A DNA stretch of 64,000 nt, taken from sequence record MW845758.1; one strand, written 5' to 3'. The position numbers were made by a program, and so were the translations under genes. The notes under the pieces were generated by a model. That model was given only the letters and a program-made list of their open reading frames with translations, was not told where the DNA came from and did not search any database. Of the stretch, positions 24,661 through 34,114 are shown one piece after another. Position 1 is the stretch's first letter. Every line of letters starts with the position of its first letter.

Positions 24661-26277
24661 ATGAAAATCAATAAGGTCAAAGACGAGATTACGATTACGC
24701 GTAATGGTCAGACTCTGTCGTTCGAAGGGCTACCGCCTATTAACCGTAAGCGTAATACGATCCAGACTGATTTGAGTCGCGACGATTTGTTGTTCTTGGA
24801 GCTGGAACGCTACTGGACGACGCTTACCCCAAAAGAGTTGGACGAGTTGTGGGATGCGTACGAGATGGTTCAGGACCTCACGGCCGTTGACCCGTCTGTA
24901 CTTGAACAGCACCTGCCAAAAGTTATTTCGGTTATTGACCGCTTGCACAAAGCTGAACTGTTCAAGAAGTTGTATCCGATGAATAAGGTGTGGATTCCAG
25001 AGAAGCTCCAAGAGAACTTCGATGCACTCCCGCCGAATTATCCAGAAGCCATGACCTACATCCGCCCGGAGTATTACGAGCTGATGATTGAAACCCTGCT
25101 CATCAAACCGTACCTGCCGGTGTTCAACCTGCTGGGTGCGTATATCGGTGGCAAAGGGTTATCGCAAGGCACCAAGCGTAAAGTGGTGCTGAGCATGGTA
25201 CGTTGCTTCAGCGTTATCAGTGAAACCGAAGTGGCGCGTTCTCCGGCCATTGAAAAGCTGCGTGTGTTCTTGGGTTGCTTGGTGGACAAGTTCCAGAAAG
25301 AATCCAATAAAGGCATGGGCGGTACGAGCCTGTCGGTACTGGCCTCGGTCAGTGGTTACGGTTCGGATATGCTCGAAGAGTATCTGTTGGCGTATACCGT
25401 GGTGTTCGTGTTGGGCTTGCATCCCGTGGGTGCGGACTATAACACAGCCGCGCTGAACGACAACAACACCATCTCACAAATCTTCTACGCTATTCGTAGC
25501 GAAGTGGACGGTGGTTTTGCCGCGAAGATTTCCGGACAGTCGGTTATCTTAAAGCAGCATCCGAGCAATACCGTGTTCAACGGGGAAAAGGGTAAGACCA
25601 ATGCCATTGACTTGGTACAGGCTCGCTCTCCTGCCCCTGTGAAAGAATCGGTTCGCACCGCAGTCAGTGTCATTGACTATCGCCGATTTATCAAGACCTT
25701 GAAAATTGATGTCCCACCGGCAACGGTGAAAGCATTGATTGATTCGGTCGTGGCGAATCACAACGGTCCTATCTACGAACTGTACGAGTGGTTAGTGGCC
25801 GCTGCGATTCACAGCAAAGCCCATCGTCAGACGTATAAAGACATTGGCGGTGAAGCCTTCAAGTACGCCATGGGTATCGCACAAGCGGTATACCTGCATT
25901 ACGGCATGCATGAAGTGGCCCAACTGTTGAGTTGTCAGATGGTGCCGGGGAATGTGTCGGGTCATCCGATTCATCCAATCGATTCTGATATCAAAATTAA
26001 AATGGATAGATATTATCCTCATGACTACCGCAGCACAAAAGGTGGCAGTAGTAATGAAAGTGCACCACGTGAATCCCTGCGTATATTGCTTGATCAGCAT
26101 ATCGCACCGTATCACTTTAATCTGGCGTGTACCGAAGAGGCCAAGGTACTCATCAAAGCTGATGCGACTCACATGGTGAACATGCGACTGGGTGGGCGCA
26201 TCCAAACGCAACTGGCCGAATTCTTGACCATCCAAGCTCGACGTAAGCTGGATGAAGTTGAGTTCTTTAATTCGTAA
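24661..26277 (+). CDS. Non-virion RNAP sigma-like specificity subunit (phiKZ gp68-like)
   Basis: 538 aa, helical, in the position between ChmC-like and PicA-like genes upstream of nvRNAP beta. Called by synteny. Confidence 0.65.
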   Translation: MKINKVKDEITITRNGQTLSFEGLPPINRKRNTIQTDLSRDDLLFLELERYWTTLTPKELDELWDAYEMVQDLTAVDPSVLEQHLPKVISVIDRLHKAELFKKLYPMNKVWIPEKLQENFDALPPNYPEAMTYIRPEYYELMIETLLIKPYLPVFNLLGAYIGGKGLSQGTKRKVVLSMVRCFSVISETEVARSPAIEKLRVFLGCLVDKFQKESNKGMGGTSLSVLASVSGYGSDMLEEYLLAYTVVFVLGLHPVGADYNTAALNDNNTISQIFYAIRSEVDGGFAAKISGQSVILKQHPSNTVFNGEKGKTNAIDLVQARSPAPVKESVRTAVSVIDYRRFIKTLKIDVPPATVKALIDSVVANHNGPIYELYEWLVAAAIHSKAHRQTYKDIGGEAFKYAMGIAQAVYLHYGMHEVAQLLSCQMVPGNVSGHPIHPIDSDIKIKMDRYYPHDYRSTKGGSSNESAPRESLRILLDQHIAPYHFNLACTEEAKVLIKADATHMVNMRLGGRIQTQLAEFLTIQARRKLDEVEFFNS

Positions 26278-26289
26278 GGAGAAATAATC

Positions 26290-27960
26290 GTGAAATTAGT
26301 CAACATGTTGATGTACCCAGTATACGGCATTCCGGAACAAATCCGTCGTCGTATGTCTTTCCAATCTTCTCTCTCAGCGATGGATGACCTGAAAGAGATT
26401 GTTTCTCGTGAAGGCCGCAGTGCGGTGAAATCACAAAACTACCATCAAGCTCTGGGTGATATCGTCGGCTTCGACGGTACACCGGGTGGGGTAGAACGTC
26501 CACTGGTGAACGTAGGCGAAGGCAATAGCATCGATGCGTTCAACTACAACAAAGATGACACCGGTGTCTATAACTTCATCGCGGTCTTGGTAGCTGACCC
26601 GATTAATGAGACCCGCAGTCAAGAAACCCAATTCATCATCACGGGTTACACCAGTCGTGCTGAGCAATCCTTAACCGGGATGTTGCCTGATGACATGGTG
26701 CTGTACATTAACGATGTGTACGGTTTGCAGCAGTCGTACGGCAGTAACCTGTTCGGCGTCCGTGAAGTGATTCCGGGATCAGAACGCATGCTGGATAACT
26801 TCGTGTTATCTCAAGCGTTGAGCGTGGATAACTATCAGGAGTCCACCATTGATCTTATCTCACTCGCGAAGTCTGCGGATATGGTGCGTAAGATTCAGCT
26901 CGGCAGTAACGAGCAGTACGTACCGGATAGTCAGACCCTGTTCTCACCAGTTGCCTCTACGCAGGCACAGCTGATGTCCAGTCGTCTGACCAGCCCGGGT
27001 GAGTTCGTGAATGCGATGTCAACCAGTTACCTGAAATCCCGTGGTCAGGAATCTAACCTGACGGCTGTGGATTCGTTCTTCGATGGCGAAGGTGCCAACG
27101 GTGTGCAGAAAGAACTTAATGGCATGGGCGTGATGCGTAGCTTTGCATCCTTCCCGTTCATCCGTTCCCTGCGTGAAGCACTACAGAAGAATACCGGGTT
27201 GAGTTCTGATGCGTGGAAGTCTGCACAGAAAGCGAACTTCCGCCTGATGGATATTCGCGCAGCGATTGATAACGCTGAGAAACTGGATCTGGATATCGCC
27301 ACGTCGCTGAACAAAGCATTCATGGATCGTACCGGCATCATCGAGAAAACCGATGACTGGTTGTTGATGAATGACTTCTCAGCAGCAGGTTCACTGGTTG
27401 CGTTCGATATCTCGATGCAGCTGTCCCAAATCATGGCACGTAGTAAGATTGGTGCGATCGCGTTTACCTTCGATAACAAGATGGCAGACTTCGTCACTGA
27501 ACCGCAGATGCAGGTAATGCCGAATTCCGCGGAAGCACTGATGAACACCCAGTTGTCCGATGTCATGGCACAACAGTTCCTTGGGGATCTGAAACGCCTG
27601 TTCGTCACTGTCACGAAACACAACAACATTCGCTTTGATGTGTTTGTGGCTGCACGTCTGGGTACGGTTAACCGCGTGGAGATTACGATGGATGGCGAAC
27701 TCATGCGTGAGTTCTATACCTTCGCATCCTTCATGTCCAACCGTCTGCACATCGGTAACACCACTGACCTGAAATACGTCGGTCAGTTGGCGAAAGATAC
27801 TGAGCGCCTGTTCACAGGCATCGACGAAGGCTACAACGACCACGAAAGAACCGCAGGTAAGAGTAACCTCCAAATCCACCTTCCTGATGGCCCATCTACG
27901 GGTTCTGCTGGATTAGGAGGTCTGGGGTTATCCTCTGACTTCGATAACTTCTCTCTTTAA
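26290..27960 (+). CDS. picA: PicA/Imp1-like phage-nucleus protein import factor (phiKZ gp69-like)
   Basis: 556 aa, GTG with AAGGAG SD; immediately after the gp68-like gene. Called by synteny. Confidence 0.6.
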   Translation: MKLVNMLMYPVYGIPEQIRRRMSFQSSLSAMDDLKEIVSREGRSAVKSQNYHQALGDIVGFDGTPGGVERPLVNVGEGNSIDAFNYNKDDTGVYNFIAVLVADPINETRSQETQFIITGYTSRAEQSLTGMLPDDMVLYINDVYGLQQSYGSNLFGVREVIPGSERMLDNFVLSQALSVDNYQESTIDLISLAKSADMVRKIQLGSNEQYVPDSQTLFSPVASTQAQLMSSRLTSPGEFVNAMSTSYLKSRGQESNLTAVDSFFDGEGANGVQKELNGMGVMRSFASFPFIRSLREALQKNTGLSSDAWKSAQKANFRLMDIRAAIDNAEKLDLDIATSLNKAFMDRTGIIEKTDDWLLMNDFSAAGSLVAFDISMQLSQIMARSKIGAIAFTFDNKMADFVTEPQMQVMPNSAEALMNTQLSDVMAQQFLGDLKRLFVTVTKHNNIRFDVFVAARLGTVNRVEITMDGELMREFYTFASFMSNRLHIGNTTDLKYVGQLAKDTERLFTGIDEGYNDHERTAGKSNLQIHLPDGPSTGSAGLGGLGLSSDFDNFSL

Positions 27961-27978
27961 TGCAAGGACTAATAACCG

Positions 27979-29325
27979 ATGAACATTTTTGACTTTTATA
28001 CCAGCCAGCTCGCATCGTGGGGATTCATGCGTGAGGGCGATAAACTGGTATTCGGCGATGACCGTACGCCTGCGTACTTTACGTACAACAAAGTGAAGCG
28101 CCGTTTGGTGCTTCCTACTACGGCGATGCTCAAAGCCGGCATGGAAGATGATGATGGTACTGAGTGTCATGCCTATCATCCGCTCTGTGAGTCGGTGCTT
28201 TACGGTGAGTCCGGTACCAACCGTTTCATGAAGAAGGCCATCATCAATCAGATGTGGAACCTCTCCATGCAGCTTATCGAAGCCGTATTAGAAGTAGCGG
28301 CAGAAGAGAAGTCTGTGCGGTTGGCGTCGTACAAGAAGTGGCTGGCGGATATCTGCGATGGGATCAAAGACCCGAAGCTGGATAAAGTCTTGCAGCAGAG
28401 TTTTGCAACGTTGATGAACTACGTTCGTGAGAACATCGACGAGAAGAAACGTCTGCAGCTGTTTATTGCCACTGAGCTGGTTGTGGATGGAACCAAATAC
28501 CAGCGTGCTGCTAACTTCCGTCACTGCTTTGAAGAAGAAGGCGAAGATGGTACAGCAACGTACTTCGGTGCAACACTGCGCCGTAAACAGGATAAGGTCA
28601 TCCTGCATCGCCTGCTTACCACCGTGTTCGGCTGGTATCCACCGGTGACTGGTTCGAACGACGACCGTCCGTACTTCGGCTGTCTGTCTCGTGGTTGGGC
28701 GAACTTCGTTATCAACTATAACCAGATTGTCAAAGGCCTGAAGGATCATACCCCGCTGCGTCCATTGGATGATGCGTGGATTGCCGAAATGGATTCGCTG
28801 GAGAAGTACAACAACAAAGTACAGACCCTGCCGTACAACGTCGGTCCACGTAGCGAACATGAGCAGGATAACTCTGCGCGTGAATATCGTCTGCAGCCTT
28901 CTCATGGCCACATCGAGAAAGCCGCACCAACGACGTCTTCCGCAGAAGCTCCGGCTGAAGATGATCCGATGGCATTCTTCTCACGTCACGGTATTGCCAA
29001 ACGTGGAACCAATTCCATTCTGGCAGCACAAGACCCGGCGAAGCTTACGCCGGTTCAGCGTGAATCTGTAGAACGTACGGGTAACGCCAACGCTACCGGT
29101 GAAACTATCAACTCCATGTCGCTGGCAGCAGCGGTAGGAAACAACACGTTACTGGGTAATAATAACTCGGGTAATTTGTTGGGTGGTGGTAACAACGGCG
29201 GCAGTCTGCTCGGGGGTAGTAACTTACTGGGCGGGGGTTCGACGAATATCTTAGGTGGGGGTAGTAGTTCAGGTGCGTCTATCTTAGGTAACAGTTCCAC
29301 CAATGCGTGGGGACTGAATATCTAA
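27979..29325 (+). CDS. Conserved core protein (phiKZ gp70 position) with an LLGG-repeat tail
   Basis: 448 aa; C-terminal G/N/S-rich region with six (L/I)LG repeats. Confidence 0.75.
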   Translation: MNIFDFYTSQLASWGFMREGDKLVFGDDRTPAYFTYNKVKRRLVLPTTAMLKAGMEDDDGTECHAYHPLCESVLYGESGTNRFMKKAIINQMWNLSMQLIEAVLEVAAEEKSVRLASYKKWLADICDGIKDPKLDKVLQQSFATLMNYVRENIDEKKRLQLFIATELVVDGTKYQRAANFRHCFEEEGEDGTATYFGATLRRKQDKVILHRLLTTVFGWYPPVTGSNDDRPYFGCLSRGWANFVINYNQIVKGLKDHTPLRPLDDAWIAEMDSLEKYNNKVQTLPYNVGPRSEHEQDNSAREYRLQPSHGHIEKAAPTTSSAEAPAEDDPMAFFSRHGIAKRGTNSILAAQDPAKLTPVQRESVERTGNANATGETINSMSLAAAVGNNTLLGNNNSGNLLGGGNNGGSLLGGSNLLGGGSTNILGGGSSSGASILGNSSTNAWGLNI

Positions 29326-29333
29326 GGTAGTAA

Positions 29334-29366
29334 AAGAGGGGGTCGTTGTGGCCCCTTCTTTTTTTA
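29334..29366. terminator. Bidirectional terminator
   Basis: G-rich/C-rich stem flanked by A and T runs between convergent genes. Confidence 0.65.
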
Positions 29367-29684
29367 ACGGATGGTAGAGAGGATGTCGTTCACGAGGGTG
29401 GCACTCGGGATTTTAAGGCTGGTGTATTTCTGCGGGGTGAACTGCATGGGATTGCGAATGTCGTTCAGTAACATCGTAGGATAGATCTGAATCTCCTCTA
29501 AGCCGATGTTTTTGCAATACGCGTAGAAAGAATGGATGTCGGGGTAGCTGTGGGCTGGGTCAACCACAGTGGTCGCGGTTTCTGCGTGGTTGCGCATAAA
29601 AGCGATGTGGTCGCGCAACACCCGGTTCTTCTCAGTTTCGGGTGGTGGGATAATCTCGCCAAGGGTCACGTACTGGTCTAACAC
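29364..29684 (-). CDS. Small protein, possibly LysM-like (T4 gp53 / P2 gpX-type) baseplate component (106 aa)
   Basis: GTG29684 with AAGGAG SD; IYPTMLLNDIRNPMQF..SLKIPS resembles the tail-X pattern. Confidence 0.5.
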   Translation of the reverse strand: MLDQYVTLGEIIPPPETEKNRVLRDHIAFMRNHAETATTVVDPAHSYPDIHSFYAYCKNIGLEEIQIYPTMLLNDIRNPMQFTPQKYTSLKIPSATLVNDILSTIR

Positions 29685-29710
29685 GGTATGTCTCCTTAAA
29701 AGAAAGTAGA

Positions 29711-29730
29711 GATAGATATTATCCCCATGA
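29711..29730 (+). promoter_or_regulatory. Putative early promoter motif
   Basis: GATAGATATTATCCCCATGA. Confidence 0.7.
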
Positions 29731-29756
29731 GAGTACACGAAAGGAGTAATTTATAA

Positions 29757-31973
29757 ATGAAGTCGAATGTCGAATTTAAGGGTGTCTCCGCTGACCGTGA
29801 ACCGTTAATTGATAACGTCTCTGGTTCGCGTGCTGCGATGGTCGGGGGTCATATGAAATCGGCGGTGCCGATTGACCATCCAACACCGTCTCCGCACTTT
29901 ACAGGTGCCGATACCGAATACGCGCGGTTTATGTTTAATGACGTCGTTGAGGACGACGGTGACGTTTGTAGCTTCAACGACCGGGGTCGTCAGCGTCGTG
30001 CTGTGTTTGCTCGTCACGGTAAACGTGGTGACCCGAATGTATTGCAGTATGCGATATTCTTTCGCAGGAAAGAAACGGGTGCAAGTACACAACACCGAGT
30101 CATGATTGACTTGGCGATGACCAATACGTACACGCACCACGATCACATCTTCACCTCTGAGTTGAGAGCAACCAATAAGCTGCGTGCGTTAGTGCGCGGT
30201 GAAGAATCAGAGATTTGGCGTGACGACACGTTAACGGAATTCAATGCGATTCAGGACGGTGAGTTGGTTGACGGTGTTGCTTTACCGACCGTGGCTATTT
30301 CACATCCGGACATCATTGAGGATTCGTACACCATTGCTCAGTCCGCAGCGGATCTGATGCACGGGTGGGGTTATCGTGAAATCATGTTGTCTTTGCGTGA
30401 AGATGAATTCCTGTTAGACACATACGGACAAACCATCAACGGGGAACGACGTCCACAGTATTTCCCAGAGATTGGTCAGGCAATTCGTGATGACGGTTTG
30501 GTTATTGCCGCACGTCGTTACGATCCGCTGTATGCAGCGATTGATACCCACTTGGGTGAAACCATGCATGCCAGTCCGTTCTTCGACCACTGTGAGTATG
30601 TGGATGCTGACCCGGAACACTATATGCGTCCGTCTGAGTTCAATGGCAGTCGTGTCATTGACTTGCAGGTGTGGCGTGATGAGTCTTCGGTGAACAACGG
30701 CCAGAACAATATCCGTTGTACCACAGAAAACAAAAAGGTACTGGATCTCTACGCCGGTGCCTTGAAAGACTTCTATAACGATCTGGTGCGCTTCTATTTC
30801 TCGATTAACTCCGAGAACATCATCTGGTCTCCGAAGGCGGCAGAGCTTTTAGAGAAAGCGTTTGCGTCTGAAACTTACGAAGTCTACTCGGACTTCCAAC
30901 GTGAGATGCGTCGTGAGATTGATGAAGCAGTGAAGCGTGGTGAGTATAAACGTGATCAGGCTGACAGTCGTATTCTGCAACGCTTGAAAGAACCGGTGCA
31001 GCGTTCACTGAAAGACCCCATCAATACGTACACCGTGCGTATCGTGGTACGTTATCCAATCCCAGTGACTGTCTCCTCGAAAATCACTGACCGTTCGGGC
31101 ACCAAGGGTATCGTGGGTCGTGTATTGCCAGATGAACAAATGCCGATTAACGAACTGGGTCAACGTGTGCTCGTAATGCGCTCCCAGAACGCCGTGGTGC
31201 GTCGTTCAACCTATTCTGGATTATTCCACATCTATTGGTCAGCAGCGTCTGAGCAGCTTAAGATGCGGCTTAAACCGATGCTGGAAGCAGATCAGGTTGA
31301 CGAAGCCTTTACGATATTGCTGGACTATCTCGCACGGTTCAATATCGACTGGGCGAACTTCATGCTGGAAACGCACGAGACGAATGAGGAGAAGGTGGCG
31401 CTCTTTAAAGAGATCTTCGACTTCACCATCCGTATCTGGCTACCGCATGAACTCGATACTACCCCAATGGATATCGTGCACAATCTCGGCGAGTTCACAC
31501 CGAAGAAATCCAAGCTCCTTATCACCAACTACGACGGTGTGCAGGAGTGGACGAAGAATGAGTTCTACGTGGGTCACGTGGAAACACTGCGTCTGGACAA
31601 AACCGGTCGTGAGTTCTCGTGTATCTCGTCGATGCACTTGAACTATCTCGGGACAATCGATGCTTCACACGCAGGACGTGGTGGCTACCCGATTAACTTC
31701 TCTGCCAAGAAGTGGATGGGGGAATCTGAACGTCGTCTGCTGTCGGGCTACGGTAAACTGGCGGATGAGGTACATAACCGTGCCAACTCCAATGAAGTGC
31801 ACCGTGCTGTGGTGCAGGCAATGTACGAATCGGATACGCCTTCTAATCCGGGGTATCTCATTGACCGTAAGAAATTCCCACTCGGGGAATCTCAAGTGGA
31901 CAAGATGATCCGTAACATTCACCTGTGTGAGGGTTTTGAATTGATTCGTCCAGTCCGGGAGGATGCAGAATGA
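29757..31973 (+). CDS. Non-virion RNAP beta-like C-terminal subunit (phiKZ gp71-73-like)
   Basis: RAAMVGGHMKSAVP, SKITDRSGTKGIV (GDK..RHGNKG equivalent), KWMGESE. Confidence 0.92.
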   Translation: MKSNVEFKGVSADREPLIDNVSGSRAAMVGGHMKSAVPIDHPTPSPHFTGADTEYARFMFNDVVEDDGDVCSFNDRGRQRRAVFARHGKRGDPNVLQYAIFFRRKETGASTQHRVMIDLAMTNTYTHHDHIFTSELRATNKLRALVRGEESEIWRDDTLTEFNAIQDGELVDGVALPTVAISHPDIIEDSYTIAQSAADLMHGWGYREIMLSLREDEFLLDTYGQTINGERRPQYFPEIGQAIRDDGLVIAARRYDPLYAAIDTHLGETMHASPFFDHCEYVDADPEHYMRPSEFNGSRVIDLQVWRDESSVNNGQNNIRCTTENKKVLDLYAGALKDFYNDLVRFYFSINSENIIWSPKAAELLEKAFASETYEVYSDFQREMRREIDEAVKRGEYKRDQADSRILQRLKEPVQRSLKDPINTYTVRIVVRYPIPVTVSSKITDRSGTKGIVGRVLPDEQMPINELGQRVLVMRSQNAVVRRSTYSGLFHIYWSAASEQLKMRLKPMLEADQVDEAFTILLDYLARFNIDWANFMLETHETNEEKVALFKEIFDFTIRIWLPHELDTTPMDIVHNLGEFTPKKSKLLITNYDGVQEWTKNEFYVGHVETLRLDKTGREFSCISSMHLNYLGTIDASHAGRGGYPINFSAKKWMGESERRLLSGYGKLADEVHNRANSNEVHRAVVQAMYESDTPSNPGYLIDRKKFPLGESQVDKMIRNIHLCEGFELIRPVREDAE

Positions 31974-34069
31974 ATGGTCGTTCGGTACACATCCGTGACG
32001 TCCGGATGTTAGCGGCAGAGAAAGTCTGGAAGATGCGCGGTCTGTACGACGTGACGTTTGACGATGGTAAAGTATTGCAGGTCGGCTCTCGCCAGATAAA
32101 ACTGAGTTGGCCGTACTGGGCGCTGTCTCGTTATTATCCACAGGTGTCTACACCATCGTCGCTTTGTTATCAGCGTGGTGAGGTGGCAACTGATGACCGT
32201 CACATTGACTTCATGTCGATTGCGTCGGTACTGGCCCGTACTGCGGGTGTGGATTTAGCAGATACGCGTTACATTCTGTCGCAGCACGTGTACGCAGATG
32301 CGTTTAACTTAACCGTGAAACATCTGCTGCCGTATTGCACAACCATCGACATCGACACGATGCGCGACATCTACGACCATCCGGATTTCGCCATCATCTT
32401 GCAGTGGGCTGTTGAGTATCCAACCGGGTACGACGACGAAGGTAACGATAAAGTAGAAGATGCTTATCAAATCATCGAGAACATCTTACTGCGTGATCCG
32501 AATCTGGCGTATAACCCACTGGCGATGTCGGTGAAAGACGGCACGATGAAGATGAACCAAATCCTGCAAGCGTATGTACGCGGTAAGACGTCAGAAATTG
32601 ACTCGCGTGTGTACACTAATCAGGTTTGGGAAGGCTTCTTCAATGGCCTGCACAAGCTGGCATCTCGACTGAAAGAAGCCGGAGCCACATCGCGTTCGCA
32701 TCTGTATAACACCGATAACATTGCGGAAGCCGAATACGGTTCACGTAAGTTGCAGTTGGTGGCGAACGTGCTGATGAACTTCAGCTACGATGATTGTGGT
32801 ACCACGCACGCACATGAGTTTACTTTCTTAGCCATTGATCACCACAAAGCGGCGTTCAAAGCAATGAAAGGCATGCGCTATCGTTTCGAAGGTGAAACCG
32901 GTGCATGGCGACGTTTCGAGTCCGAGGACTTTGATAAAGTCGTAGACAAACCGTTGCTGTTCCGCAGCGCGATGACCTGTAAGCATATGGCGAAGCAGGG
33001 TGTGTGTGCGACGTGTATGGGCGATCTTATCTTCAACCTGTCTGAAGATACCGCACCGGGTCACTTGGCCTCCACCTCTATCTCCGAAAAAGGTTCTCAG
33101 GGTATTCTCTCGACCAAACACTTGGACTTCCTGCGTGCATTGCTGAAGTTGATTCTAACGCCAGCCATGAACCAGTATATGGGCAAGTTCGAGAAGGACT
33201 CGCAGAAAGGCCTGATGCTCAAACCCAAACCGCTTACTGGTGCGTGGAAAGAGTATGAGCTGGTTATCTCAGACAAGCTGTATTCTGAGCTGAGCCAGAT
33301 TGCGTATCATGAAAGCATGGAGGAAATTGATGAGACGGCACTGCCGGAGATCAATGACCTGACGTTCCAGCGTTATGATGCACAAGGTGAACTGTTATTC
33401 GAAGAGTCGGTGGACGCAAGGATGGGGGTGTGTGGGAACTTCTCCAAACAGTTCCTGCGTTACTTCTTGAAACAACGCGATAAGCTGCGTTTCGTGAAGA
33501 AGCTGGTTCACATTCCACTGGATGCGTGGCACACTGCGCAACCATTGCTCATCTACACCAACCGTTCGGAATCCATGGCGGAGTTTGTTGCCGGTCTGGA
33601 AACCAAATTGCGTTCTGTTGCAGCTGACAAGAACGACGACGCGAATGATGTTATTAACGTCGAGAACTCGGTGAAGATGAACAAGAAAGGAAAAGTGAAA
33701 ACCCTGACGCTGGTAGAAATGGGCGGTGCCACAGAGAAGCAATGTACCTATGCGCTCTTTGACACTTACCGTTATATCAATCGTAAGCTCAACGGTGTCC
33801 CGATGTGTCATGTCGGAATCATGCTGGCCGTCTCTCGTGTAGAGTCGCCGTACGATTCCTTCCCGGCTGTTGGATTCGACAGTGAAGAAGCAAACGAAGT
33901 CAGTGGCAAACGCTTTGTGGATCACAACACCATCATCGGTCTGCGCTCTGGTGCACCGATGTTGATCTTCCAAGGTCAGCAGGATTATCTCAACAACGTA
34001 GGCTTCTGGACCGTTCGTAAGAAACCCGCCAGTCTTTATGATGGCGCGTTCCCAACGCGTCCTAGTTAA
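31970..34069 (+). CDS. Non-virion RNAP beta'-like C-terminal subunit (phiKZ gp74-like)
   Basis: Bridge-helix region ending in DDCGT, Zn site RSAMTC..GVCATCMG, SISEKGSQGILSTKH. Confidence 0.92.
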   Translation: MNGRSVHIRDVRMLAAEKVWKMRGLYDVTFDDGKVLQVGSRQIKLSWPYWALSRYYPQVSTPSSLCYQRGEVATDDRHIDFMSIASVLARTAGVDLADTRYILSQHVYADAFNLTVKHLLPYCTTIDIDTMRDIYDHPDFAIILQWAVEYPTGYDDEGNDKVEDAYQIIENILLRDPNLAYNPLAMSVKDGTMKMNQILQAYVRGKTSEIDSRVYTNQVWEGFFNGLHKLASRLKEAGATSRSHLYNTDNIAEAEYGSRKLQLVANVLMNFSYDDCGTTHAHEFTFLAIDHHKAAFKAMKGMRYRFEGETGAWRRFESEDFDKVVDKPLLFRSAMTCKHMAKQGVCATCMGDLIFNLSEDTAPGHLASTSISEKGSQGILSTKHLDFLRALLKLILTPAMNQYMGKFEKDSQKGLMLKPKPLTGAWKEYELVISDKLYSELSQIAYHESMEEIDETALPEINDLTFQRYDAQGELLFEESVDARMGVCGNFSKQFLRYFLKQRDKLRFVKKLVHIPLDAWHTAQPLLIYTNRSESMAEFVAGLETKLRSVAADKNDDANDVINVENSVKMNKKGKVKTLTLVEMGGATEKQCTYALFDTYRYINRKLNGVPMCHVGIMLAVSRVESPYDSFPAVGFDSEEANEVSGKRFVDHNTIIGLRSGAPMLIFQGQQDYLNNVGFWTVRKKPASLYDGAFPTRPS

Positions 34070-34074
34070 TAGAG

Positions 34075-34101
34075 AGAGGGGCACCCGCCCCTCTTTTTTT
34101 C
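34075..34101 (+). terminator. Rho-independent terminator
   Basis: AGAGGGG..CCCCTCT plus T run. Confidence 0.8.
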
Positions 34102-34114
34102 TCAGAGGGGCCTT

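Noticed and set aside
18506-31973. Introns, inteins or homing endonucleases in nvRNAP genes, as in phiKZ gp55 and gp71-73
   Set aside because: Both ORFs are continuous with expected sizes; no HNH, GIY-YIG or intein motifs seen.
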